Shown piece after piece: positions 44,250-53,650 of a DNA stretch of 64,000 nucleotides. The position numbers and the translations under genes are program-made. The DNA is from an uncultured Methanosarcinaceae archaeon. Lineage in GTDB: Archaea; Halobacteriota; Methanosarcinia; Methanosarcinales; Methanosarcinaceae. The stretch is from assembly GCA_963774465.1 (NCBI GenBank), contig CAVZFI010000001.1, positions 12,176-76,175 on the forward strand, written 5' to 3'. Every line of letters begins with the position of its first letter. The stretch's first letter is position 1. The notes beneath the pieces were generated by a model. That model was not told the DNA's origin. It saw only the letters and a program-made list of their open reading frames with translations, and searched no databases.

Positions 44250-44435
44250 CTTTTTATAATAAAGAATCTTCTAATTTTTATATAAAGAATTTTCTAAATT
44301 TTTCAATCCCTATTTTCTTCTAGGGCTTTTAATCCCTATTTTTCCCTGATGCTTTTAATCCCTGTTTTCTTCTAAGATTTTTTTCATTTTACCCTTTGTT
44401 TGCTATAGTACAACTATAACTTCATAATTTGGTGT

Positions 44436-44924
44436 GTGGCAAACAATAAATACGGGTTTTCCATATTTCTCTTTATGAATGAGCAGAGTTATCCTGAATT
44501 TACGGGCCTTGAAATCTCTCCGAGGAAGGTAGATTATCTTAAGTTCATTCTTGAAAAGGGGGGCACTGTAAAAACTACAGAAATTTCCTCCGGCCTGCAG
44601 GTTGACCCTTCCACTACAAGCAAGACCTTAAACGAACTTGCAGGTGCAGGCTACCTGAACCATGTTCCCTACAGAGGTGTCGATTTGACGGAACTGGGTA
44701 AGGCGTATACGGAATTTCTTGTCAGGAGGCACAGGATTCTTAGCCTTCTCTTAACCCATTACGGCCTTTCGTCGGAAGAAGCATGTGATGAAGTTTCACG
44801 TTTTGAAGCTTTTGTTTCCAGGGATGCTGTGGATAAAATCTGCAGTTCAATGGGCCACCCGATGTTCGGTGTATGCGGAGAAATAAGTCACGGTAAATGC
44901 TTGCATGAGGAACATCATCACTGA
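44436..44924 (+). CDS. DtxR/MntR-family metal-dependent regulator
   Basis: DYLK.I, HTH, Y.GV.LT..G, RRHR. Probable start 44475. His-rich C-terminus. Confidence 0.9.
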   Translation: MANNKYGFSIFLFMNEQSYPEFTGLEISPRKVDYLKFILEKGGTVKTTEISSGLQVDPSTTSKTLNELAGAGYLNHVPYRGVDLTELGKAYTEFLVRRHRILSLLLTHYGLSSEEACDEVSRFEAFVSRDAVDKICSSMGHPMFGVCGEISHGKCLHEEHHH

Positions 44925-45158
44925 GTGCCGGAACAAGAAGCATTGAATAGAATGTAAGATAAAGCGTAAATAAAGCTAACTAAAGCGTAAATAAAGCTAA
45001 CTAAAGTGTGAATTAGGTATTAATCTTAAATAAAGCCCTGATATAACTTCGAGATAAACTTGGGCTTGCACCAAAAAATCCTCTAAGTAATCAAAATTTT
45101 TGGGTATAATCAAAATTTATCTGCTTAATATCTGTCTTATTTCGTCCTAAAAGTAAAA

Positions 45159-46229
45159 TTGATGAGTAAAGTAAAAAATGAAAGTGAAGAGAACGTGATC
45201 TCAAGTATGAAGTTGAAAATTGTAACTCTATTAGTTCTTTTGGCTGTTGGTCTGAGCCTTTTTGCCAGCGGCTGCACAGGTCCAGGCAACTCCAGGGTTA
45301 ATGAAAGTACAGGACAGGAAGTTGAAATAGCAGGAACTGATGAGCCTATAATCGTAGCTGTGAGCGTCCTTCCTCAAGCCGAGTTTGTAGAAAAAGTCGG
45401 AGGAAATAAAGTAAAAACTGTTGTCATAATCCCGCCTGGGGCTGACCCTCACACTTATGAACCCTCTCCAAGAGAAATGGGAGAAGTAAGCAAAGCCCGT
45501 ATGTATGTTACAGTCGGGGTCGATTTTCCCTTTGAGAAAGTCTGGATCGAAAGGTTCGAAACCATCAACAGTGGGACTCTGATCGTAAACTCTTCTAATG
45601 GAATCAAACTTAAGAAACTTGCTGCCCATGATCACCATGAAGGAGATGGAGAAGAGGAACACCCAGGAGATCTTGAAGCCGGTCATGCAAATGAAAGTGA
45701 AGAAAATCATGAAAACGAAAGTGAAGAAGGTCATGAAGAAACGGAACTGGACCCACACATCTGGACGTCTCCCTCAAATGCAAAAATAATGGTCGAAAAC
45801 ATTTATGAGGGGCTTGTGGAAATCGATCCCGGAAACGAAACTTACTATTCCCAGAACAGGGATGCTTACCTGAAAGAGCTGGACGCCCTGGACGCGAGAA
45901 TCCGAGAAAAGCTTGAGGGAAAAAAGGAAAGAAATTTCATGGTTTATCACCCTTCCTGGGGCTATTTTGCAGCGGATTACAACCTTATTATGATTCCAGT
46001 TGAGATTGAAGGAAAAGAGCCGAGCGCTCAGGATATGGCGAAGCTTGTGGATCTTGCAAAGGAAAAGCAGGTTAAAGTGATCTTTGTCCAATCCCAGTTC
46101 AATACGGGGAGTGCCCAAGCTGTAGCTGAAGAGATAGGCGGTGAGGTCATAGCTGTTGACCCTCTTGCAAAGGATTATATTGCAAACATGGATAAGGTAT
46201 CCGATATTTTTGCCAGAAACCTTGTATGA
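45159..46229 (+). CDS. znuA: Zn/Mn ABC transporter substrate-binding lipoprotein
   Basis: Lipobox ASGC, DPHTYEP, His/Glu loop, DPHIW.SP. Confidence 0.92.
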   Translation: MMSKVKNESEENVISSMKLKIVTLLVLLAVGLSLFASGCTGPGNSRVNESTGQEVEIAGTDEPIIVAVSVLPQAEFVEKVGGNKVKTVVIIPPGADPHTYEPSPREMGEVSKARMYVTVGVDFPFEKVWIERFETINSGTLIVNSSNGIKLKKLAAHDHHEGDGEEEHPGDLEAGHANESEENHENESEEGHEETELDPHIWTSPSNAKIMVENIYEGLVEIDPGNETYYSQNRDAYLKELDALDARIREKLEGKKERNFMVYHPSWGYFAADYNLIMIPVEIEGKEPSAQDMAKLVDLAKEKQVKVIFVQSQFNTGSAQAVAEEIGGEVIAVDPLAKDYIANMDKVSDIFARNLV

Positions 46230-46318
46230 AATCAGTAAATTCAACATTTGAGTTCGATATCTAAATATCAAAACGATATAATCCGGTAAAATAAAAACGA
46301 TATTCTGAAGGGAAGGCG

Positions 46319-47083
46319 ATGGAGAAGGTTATAGAACTGAAAGACGTCTGGGTCCGCTATGGAAATCAGACAATTCTTGAGGCAATAAATCTTGAACTGG
46401 GAGAGCCCAATGGGCTTCTTGGGATTATTGGGCCCAATGGCGGAGGAAAAACCACATTTCTCAAAGTGCTCCTGGGACTTTTAAAACCTTACAGGGGCAG
46501 TGTGAAACTCTTTGGGAAATCTCCGGAAAAGAGTAGAGACCTTGTAGGCTATGTTCCCCAATACAAAGGTTTTGATTTTGACTTCCCTATCAGTGTCTGG
46601 GAAGTGGTTCTCACAGGCAGGATGAGCCATACGGGTTTTCTGAGAAAATATCGGGAAGAGGACAAAAAGGCAGCCGAAGAAGCCCTGAAGACAGTGGAGA
46701 TGTTTCAGTATAGGGATAGGCAGATCGGGCAGCTCTCTGGTGGGCAGAGGCAGAGAGTTTTTATTGCGCGGGCTCTTGCTACGAACCCCAAACTCCTGCT
46801 TCTGGACGAACCCAATTCTGGACTTGACCCTCATATGCAGGACGAACTTTACCGCCTCCTGGACAGGCTAAAGCAGGAAATGGCGGTTATCATGGTCACG
46901 CACGACCTTAGCGCAGTTTCGGTTTATGTCGACAGGATAGCCTGTCTGAACCGTACACTCCATTATCACGATTCCAGGGAAATCCCTGTTGAGGACCTGG
47001 AAGCTACCTACCAGTGCCCTGTCGAACTGATTGCCCATGGAGTGCCTCACAGAGTACTGGAGAGGCATAAAGGGAGTTCCTGA
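46319..47083 (+). CDS. znuC: Zn/Mn ABC transporter ATPase
   Basis: GPNGGGKTT, GYVPQ, LSGGQ, LLDEP. Confidence 0.93.
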   Translation: MEKVIELKDVWVRYGNQTILEAINLELGEPNGLLGIIGPNGGGKTTFLKVLLGLLKPYRGSVKLFGKSPEKSRDLVGYVPQYKGFDFDFPISVWEVVLTGRMSHTGFLRKYREEDKKAAEEALKTVEMFQYRDRQIGQLSGGQRQRVFIARALATNPKLLLLDEPNSGLDPHMQDELYRLLDRLKQEMAVIMVTHDLSAVSVYVDRIACLNRTLHYHDSREIPVEDLEATYQCPVELIAHGVPHRVLERHKGSS

Positions 47084-47124
47084 AGATCAAGGCTTGGTTC
47101 GAAAAAACAGATTAAGACGGAGAA

Positions 47125-47968
47125 ATGAAAATGTTTGATCTTCTGCAATACAGCTTTATCCAGAACGCCCTTGCAGCCGCAATCCTTGCAAGCATAGCCT
47201 GCGGGATTATAGGTGTCTATGTTGTCGTTAAAAAAATTGTCTTTATCAGTGGCGGGATCGCTCATGCTTCCTTTGGGGGTATTGGCCTTGGGCTATTACC
47301 TCGGAATTAACCCGATGTTCGGCGTTCTCCCTTTCAGCCTGGTTTCGGCTCTGGTCATGGGGACAGTGAGCAAGAAATCTAAAATTCCGGAAGATAGTGC
47401 AATAGGTATACTCTGGTCTCTTGGAATGGCTCTTGGGATCATTTTTGTCTACCTGACTCCAGGCTATGCCCCTGACCTTATGACTTACCTCTTCGGAAAC
47501 ATTCTGACAGTACCTCGCTTCGACCTTTACCTGATGTTGGGTCTTGATATAGTCATATTAGGTGCAGTTTACTTATTCTATAAGGAGTTCCTTGCCCTCT
47601 GTTTTGACGAAGAATTCACAACTGTTCAGGGCCTCCCGACAGAGAAACTTTACCTTTTCCTGCTGTGCATTATTGCCCTGACAATTGTGGTTCTTATCAA
47701 AGTCGTGGGTATTATCCTTGTGATTGCCCTTCTTACCATTCCTGCTTCGCTGAGCCGTAAATTCACTCATAACCTGAAGCAGATGATGCTGATTTCCATC
47801 GTCTTCGGGACTGTAATCAGCGTAACCGGGATAGGTCTTTCATATGCGCTGGATGTCCCGTCTGGAGCAACTATCATTCTCGTATTGAGCCTTGTATACG
47901 GACTTGTTGCCTTCGGGATGGAAATACTTGAGAATAGAAGGATTTCAGGAGACTTAAGAGAATCCTGA
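47125..47968 (+). pseudogene. znuB: Zn/Mn ABC permease with a single frameshift (real or sequencing error)
   Basis: [12 protein letters not shown] in one frame continues as GYYLGINP in another; extra G in CTTGGGCTATTAC at ~47290. Confidence 0.88.
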
Positions 47969-47979
47969 GCTCGATTTAA

Positions 47980-48009
47980 AGGCTCGTTTCTTGAGCCTGT
48001 TATTTTTTT
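47980..48009 (+). terminator. Hairpin plus T tract after znuB
   Basis: AGGCTC-GTTTCTT-GAGCCT-GTTATTTTTTT. Confidence 0.6.
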
Positions 48010-48077
48010 GTGAATTTATTTGGTCAAGGTTAAGGATAGTGAAGGCAATGTTTTTCAGTACTCAGGCAAGGACTATA

Positions 48078-48372
48078 GATTAGTACACAGGATTCAGACA
48101 CAATAACTCGGTCTAAATTAGAGGATATTAGACTGGATACAATAAGTCAAACTAGATTATGAGTATATTATGTTAGATATTAGAAATCTGGTGATTATGG
48201 GAGCACTAGTATCAGAGATAATGAAACAACCCAGATTATGTGTATATTATGTTGATATTATAAATCAGGATTGATTATGCGCGCATTAGTATGGATATAA
48301 TAAACCAATCCAGATTATGGGTGTATTAAGTCAGATATAATAAACTAGGCCAGTTATAACATACTAGGCACA
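48078..48372. repeat. Degenerate 38-41-bp tandem array, seven units
   Basis: Units start at 48078, 48116, 48155, 48193, 48234, 48273 and 48313; consensus GATTATG..ATTA..GATATAATAAAC..CCA. Confidence 0.8.
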
Positions 48373-48534
48373 GTTATATATTCTATCATTCCTAGTATAT
48401 TATATAGTGAAGATTTTTACGGGGCAGGGTATAGATTCCCGCATAAATATATTTATATAGTTTTATTAAGACAAAATTTTATATATGGTGAGATGTAAGA
48501 GCCTAAAAGTTTAATTGATTTTATTTTATAGAAC

Positions 48535-48752
48535 TCCAGGACTAAACCTCTCAGGCTGGATTCGTAAAGAAAAAACGGAATCTGAAGCATCTAACGTGTG
48601 CGTAAGACCGCTTTGAGTGGGGAAGCGATGGACATGCCGGCAAGATAAACACAGTGGATGTACTTGGAGCCACCCCAAGCCAGTTCCAGTAAGTGTATCT
48701 ACAAGCCACCTCAAAGCAAGTGATTGAATCCGTTATCTAAAACGGAAACCAC
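48535..48752 (+). ncRNA. Candidate structured RNA / 5' leader
   Basis: Nested helices found by eye (see findings); TATA-like TTTATATA at ~48452 and ~48478. Confidence 0.4.
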
Positions 48753-48794
48753 GAGACTATTTACTAAAAGAAAATATTACATCAGGGTGATAAA

Positions 48795-49250
48795 ATGGAC
48801 CGTGATACAACCCGAGATCAAAATATAAAAGAAAACGAAACCTTCGACGGTGAATACCTCGACCTTCCGGATATCCCCCTTCCGGAGACAGACAATGTGC
48901 TATATTCAATCCTGAACTCCTTAAACCAGAATATCGCAGATTTTCACACCTTTGTGAAATTCAACCCCTATCTGTCTGAGGACCACCTGAATGTAGAACT
49001 GCTTAAAAGAAGCATGGGAATTCACAGGGACTTTACAGCTCTGTTCCTGCACACCAAAGAAGAACTTATATTTACCTACCCCGAATTCGTAGAAAAAACA
49101 GAAAGGATCCTGTTCAAAGGGGACGTTGGTACCAACTGCATAAAATATACCCATAAATTATGCAGAACAATAAGCGATTATAAAATCGCCCTGCATAGAG
49201 AAGGGTATTTGCCTGACCTGAGAAGACAGTTACCGTTGGTTGATTTGTAA
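48795..49250 (+). CDS. Hypothetical protein, 151 aa
   Basis: SD GGGTGA upstream, protein-like composition, no competing ORF; no family recognised. Confidence 0.72.
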   Translation: MDRDTTRDQNIKENETFDGEYLDLPDIPLPETDNVLYSILNSLNQNIADFHTFVKFNPYLSEDHLNVELLKRSMGIHRDFTALFLHTKEELIFTYPEFVEKTERILFKGDVGTNCIKYTHKLCRTISDYKIALHREGYLPDLRRQLPLVDL

Positions 49251-49501
49251 TTATCCGGTAACTTACTTTTTTCTATAAAATTTCTCTTTTTTTAAAAGTA
49301 AAGTCAGGTTTCAATTCTCGAATTTTAATAGATCCTGAGAATTTAAGAGATTCTCAGGCTTCATCTCTAACCGAATGCAAAAAAGATTTCTTTCCTGTTC
49401 ACGCGTCCACTCTTTACTATATTTTACAGTACTTCTGGAATCTTATATTTGATTTTCAGTACATCCGTAGTTTTATATTATGGAAAGATATCTGAGATGC
49501 A

Positions 49502-49713
49502 AGGCATCTGTGAAAAACGGTGTCCTTGAAAAACGATATTTTAAAAGTGGCAGTTAAAAAACGGAATTCTTAAAAAACGGTACTAAAAAACGATATTTGA
49601 AAAACGGTTTTTCCTAAAAACGGCACTTAAAAAACGATATTTTAAAAGTGGCAGTTAAAAAACGGAATTCTTGAAAAACGGTACTAAAAAACGGCATTTA
49701 AAAACAGATGCCT
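49502..49713. repeat. AAAAACG(G/A) array bounded by a 10-bp inverted repeat
   Basis: AGGCATCTGT (49502-49511) / ACAGATGCCT (49704-49713); internal ~64-bp duplication. Confidence 0.8.
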
Positions 49714-49762
49714 ATCTTATTTGATATCTAAATCTTTTTTAGTTTTGTTATTTCATCTAATT

Positions 49763-51019
49763 TTATAGTTTGATATTATTCATTTTGCAGAAATTAATCA
49801 GATTCTCAAGGTTATTTGCTATTATCTTGTTATACACTGGATCTAATTCTTCTGTGAATATTTTCAGAGCATTTTGATATGCTTCTATTGCCTTTTTGCA
49901 GTTTCGCGCCTTCTCTTCGACTTCTGCCAGTGTACTGTATGCATTTCCGATATTGTTCTGGGTCATTGCATAATCCATTGGAAACTGTTCTACAGTTGTG
50001 ATTTTCAGAGCATTTTGAAATGCTTTAATCGCGATTTTCATGTATTTAGCTCTCTGTATATTTATTGAGCCAATTTCATATGCTCTGTTTCCGATTTTGA
50101 ATAATGCTTCTGGAGTTTCTGCAAAAATCGATAATATTTCTTCAAAAACAGAAAGTTCAGAGTGGTTTAATTCCACGATATCTTCAAGATAGACCTCTTC
50201 TGCCCAGATTCTATCTATGTCTCTTTCTTTAATTTTCGTAAACTCTTTTTCACATAATTTTTTGATAAGTTCTTCCCATTGATATTTCTCTTTCTTTATA
50301 CCTTCATTCTCAGAGACTTTTTTAATTTGATCCAGTTGAAAAATCTGGTCTTCTTCATAAACTCCGCAAATGTAAAGCTTTTTGACAGCTCTTAGAACGG
50401 ATTTTTCTTCAGAAGTACATTCTTTAAATCTTTTATTCATCTCAGCTAGAGGCATGAAAATTGAGCCTACGGTTTTATTGAATCTGATTTTATTCCAATG
50501 CCGATCCACATTTTCTGCTATTTCTTTTCCCTGCTGTTCCGAAATCTCGTTTACTTTAATAATTTGATCAAAAATTCCGGTCTCTAAATCGAGATTTTTG
50601 TCTAGCATCCTTTTCGTTGTCTTTTTGTATTCTATTTCGGAGCGGCACGTTGCTATAAGGTTGATTTTGTTTTTCCGGCAGATTTCAAACATATACTCAA
50701 AATTCTGCTGCTCTGCGAAACGGTGTAAATCGTCAATAAACATCAGTTTCGGTTTCCAGAATTTCGTTTGCCTGGGCAAAATAAAAGATTCGATATCTAT
50801 ATCGGTAGATCTTGGAATTATGAGATCGTATTTTTTTGATTTTCTCAGAGCTTCGTAGACCATCCTGGTTTTTCCACCAAGAGGTGGACCGACTATCAGT
50901 ACGCTTTTTTCGCCATCAAGGCAATCTCGAACCTTTTCATCTTCGAGTCTTGTGTAATAGTATTCGTTAAAAGGTCTACTGCCTAAAATCTCGTCTTTCC
51001 CTAGTGAAGTGGAATGCAC
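49763..51019 (-). CDS. P-loop NTPase (STAND-like) plus TPR protein, probably 5'-truncated
   Basis: GPPLGGKT, LMFIDD, LIATCR; TPR YAMTQNNIGNAYSTL; low GC. Confidence 0.78.
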   Translation of the reverse strand: MHSTSLGKDEILGSRPFNEYYYTRLEDEKVRDCLDGEKSVLIVGPPLGGKTRMVYEALRKSKKYDLIIPRSTDIDIESFILPRQTKFWKPKLMFIDDLHRFAEQQNFEYMFEICRKNKINLIATCRSEIEYKKTTKRMLDKNLDLETGIFDQIIKVNEISEQQGKEIAENVDRHWNKIRFNKTVGSIFMPLAEMNKRFKECTSEEKSVLRAVKKLYICGVYEEDQIFQLDQIKKVSENEGIKKEKYQWEELIKKLCEKEFTKIKERDIDRIWAEEVYLEDIVELNHSELSVFEEILSIFAETPEALFKIGNRAYEIGSINIQRAKYMKIAIKAFQNALKITTVEQFPMDYAMTQNNIGNAYSTLAEVEEKARNCKKAIEAYQNALKIFTEELDPVYNKIIANNLENLINFCKMNNIKL

Positions 51020-51222
51020 GCTCCAGCCGCGCCACGGAACAAGACAGGTTGAAGCATGCTACTCACACACCTCCGATTATCAGAAAATCAAAATTTCATA
51101 AGAATAAGGTTAAAAAGATAATAATAGCTCAAAAGCCAGATTGGGACGAAATACATCAAGCAAAACAGCTCAGACCAAAAGATAAAGTCAAAAAGAAAAT
51201 TAAAAAAGTAGAACTCCAGTTT

Positions 51223-52113
51223 TCACTGAAGCCCGAAGTGTTTTATGTTCCAGTCTGCAGTAGCCTGGATTTTCTTTATTTCTTCTTCCCCGCCTTCCAT
51301 GGTGAAGAGATGTTTGAACCTTTTCTGGGCTCTCAGGTATTCTTCGACCGGTCTGGGATCCTTAACTTTCCTGACCTGGGTAATTTCCCCGTTTTCCATC
51401 TCGTACATGGGCCACAGGCAGGTTTCGACTGCAAGTTTGGCAATCTCCAGGGTCTTTGAGGTATCAAATCCCCAGCCTGTTGTACAGGGGCAATGAGAAT
51501 GGATGTAAGTTGGACCCACGATTTCAGTGGCTTTCTTGACTTTACGGATCATGTCTCTTGGGAAGCCTATTGAGGTTGTTGCAACATAAGGAGAGCCATG
51601 GGCTGCCATAATAGCAGGCATGTTCTTCTTTGGGCGCTGGTTTCCAAAGGAGACTTTTCCGGCGGGTGTGGTCGTTGTGCTCGCATCGAAGGGGGTTCCA
51701 CTGCTGCGCTGGATTCCAGTGTTCATGTAAGCTTCGTTGTCCATGCAGACATAGGTGAAGTCGTGGCCGCGCTCAAAAGCGCCTGAAAGAGCACCGAGTC
51801 CTATGTCCATAGTAGAACCGTCTCCTCCGATTGATACAACCTTGATATCATCCTTTTTGCCGAGAGCCTTCAAGGCAGCTTCCACACCTGAAGCCACTGC
51901 GCCTGCGTTTTCAAAGAGGGAGTGGATCCAGGGAACCTGCCAGGAAGACAATGGGAAAGGCGTAGACATAACTTCAAGGCAACCGGTAGGGTTAACTATA
52001 ATACAATTGGGGCCTGCGCCCATGAGTGTGAATTTTGCAGCAAAGGCATCACAGCAGCCTGCACAGCCGCTGTGCCCGGATGTAATATATGTTTTCGGTG
52101 CAGTTTTACTCAT
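51223..52113 (-). CDS. porB: Pyruvate:ferredoxin oxidoreductase beta subunit
   Basis: GH.GCAGC, GGDG, DNEAYMNTG.QRS. Confidence 0.96.
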   Translation of the reverse strand: MSKTAPKTYITSGHSGCAGCCDAFAAKFTLMGAGPNCIIVNPTGCLEVMSTPFPLSSWQVPWIHSLFENAGAVASGVEAALKALGKKDDIKVVSIGGDGSTMDIGLGALSGAFERGHDFTYVCMDNEAYMNTGIQRSSGTPFDASTTTTPAGKVSFGNQRPKKNMPAIMAAHGSPYVATTSIGFPRDMIRKVKKATEIVGPTYIHSHCPCTTGWGFDTSKTLEIAKLAVETCLWPMYEMENGEITQVRKVKDPRPVEEYLRAQKRFKHLFTMEGGEEEIKKIQATADWNIKHFGLQ

Positions 52114-53318
52114 AGCGACTCCTCCTTAAGGTCCAGGAACTGGCTTTCAACCGTGATTCCGGACTTTGCAGCTTTCTTGGTTTCTTCTATAACCTTCGCA
52201 ATACTTTCCACGCGAATGTCACGGCCTCCGTGCCCCACAGTATAGCCCATCACAGGTATACGGACTTTACTGTTGTAGAGGCAGGATTTGGTTTCGGTAA
52301 AGAGCGCTCCTTCGTTTGTCCCTATAGAAATGTTCTTATCGAGTACGACAATGGCATGGGCATTCTTAACAGCCTCACAGACCTCTTTCTTCGGGAAAGG
52401 CCTGAAGGACCTGACCTTTAAGACCCCGATCTTTTCTCCTCTTGCCCTGTACTCATCAACAACATCCTTGACAGTCCCGAGAATAGAACCCATAGACATG
52501 ACGATAATTTCGGCATCGTCAAGCATATATCCGTCAATAAGCCCTCCATGGAACCTGCCGAAGACTTCCTCAAATTCCTTTGCCACGGCTTCGATTTTAG
52601 GAAGAGCGTCCTGCATTGCCTTTTCCTGGAGATACCTGAACTCTTCATATGTGTCAGGAGCTGCAAAGGCTCCGAAGGTCTTGGGGTTTTCAGGGTCAAG
52701 AATATTTTCGGGCTGGAAAGGTGGGAGGAAATTGTCGGTCAATTCCTGTTCAAGCAGGACAACAGGCTCGTAAACATGAGACAGGATAAAGCCGTCCATG
52801 CAGACCATACCTGGAAGCATAATCTCATTGTCTTCTGCGATCTTGTAGAGCTGAGGCAGGGTGTCGGATGCTTCCTGGACATCTTCTACATAGAGCTGGA
52901 TCCAGCCTGTATCTCTCTGCGCAATCGCGTCCTGGTGATCGTTCCAGATGTTGATTGGAGCGCCAACTGCTCTATTTGCCACTGTCATTACAACCGGAAG
53001 TCTCATGCCTGAAGTGTTAAAAAGTGCCTCATGCATGAGCAGAAGTCCCTGAGAAGTTGTGGCTGAATAGGTTCTTGCGCCTACTGCTGATGCTCCTATA
53101 AGGGCAGAGATTGCTGAGAACTCGGACTCCACATTGATATACTCACAGTTAGGGATTTCCCCGTCTGCTATGAACTGGGACAGGTCTTCAACAATATGCG
53201 TCTGGGGAGTAATTGGGTAGGCTGAAATAACGTTTGGACGGCAGACCTTTGCGGAATGGGCCACAGCATAGGAACCTTCTACTACCACCATTTTTCCCTT
53301 GTAAGCCGGGTTGATCAT
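52110..53318 (-). CDS. porA: Pyruvate:ferredoxin oxidoreductase alpha subunit
   Basis: AYPITPQT, VESE, TTSQGL, FRPFP. Confidence 0.96.
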   Translation of the reverse strand: MINPAYKGKMVVVEGSYAVAHSAKVCRPNVISAYPITPQTHIVEDLSQFIADGEIPNCEYINVESEFSAISALIGASAVGARTYSATTSQGLLLMHEALFNTSGMRLPVVMTVANRAVGAPINIWNDHQDAIAQRDTGWIQLYVEDVQEASDTLPQLYKIAEDNEIMLPGMVCMDGFILSHVYEPVVLLEQELTDNFLPPFQPENILDPENPKTFGAFAAPDTYEEFRYLQEKAMQDALPKIEAVAKEFEEVFGRFHGGLIDGYMLDDAEIIVMSMGSILGTVKDVVDEYRARGEKIGVLKVRSFRPFPKKEVCEAVKNAHAIVVLDKNISIGTNEGALFTETKSCLYNSKVRIPVMGYTVGHGGRDIRVESIAKVIEETKKAAKSGITVESQFLDLKEESL

Positions 53319-53650
53319 TATTTCTCCTCCAGAATCATTTCAATTGCATCTGCGGGACATTCGTTTGCACAGATGCCGCAACCTTTGCAGTAATCATAAT
53401 CGTATTCAAAAAAGCCATCTTCTCTGGGTTTGACAGACATGTCAGGGCAAACGATCTCGCAGATCCCGCACTTCGTACATTTTTCATAAATATAAACAGG
53501 GCGGAAGTTCCTCCAGCCTCCGGTTTTGTTTTTAAGGGTTGAACCAGGTTTACAGACTCTGCAGTGTGTAATGTTCAAACCTTCTTCTTTTTGATCGGTT
53601 TTTAGAACTTCCGGACGTATCTCGCGGTCTTGCTCGGATTCATTACTCAC
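53318..53650 (-). CDS. porD: Pyruvate:ferredoxin oxidoreductase delta subunit
   Basis: KTGGWR, 2x[4Fe-4S] motifs, [12 protein letters not shown]. Probable GTG start at 53650, overlapping the porC end. Confidence 0.93.
   Translation of the reverse strand: MSNESEQDREIRPEVLKTDQKEEGLNITHCRVCKPGSTLKNKTGGWRNFRPVYIYEKCTKCGICEIVCPDMSVKPREDGFFEYDYDYCKGCGICANECPADAIEMILEEK

Noticed and set aside
48078-48372. CRISPR array
   Set aside because: No alternation of constant repeat and unique spacer; similarity runs through the whole unit.
48545-48605. Glycine riboswitch (CTCTCAGG) or group II intron 5' end (GTGCG)
   Set aside because: Isolated short matches. The partner motifs, a convincing domain V and an RT gene are absent.
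51024-51066. Group II intron domain V/VI remnant
   Set aside because: Only CAGCC/GGTTG pair; the upper stem and GNRA loop are missing.
51004-51459. 151-aa + strand ORF
   Set aside because: Runs through A-rich intergenic DNA and antisense into porB.
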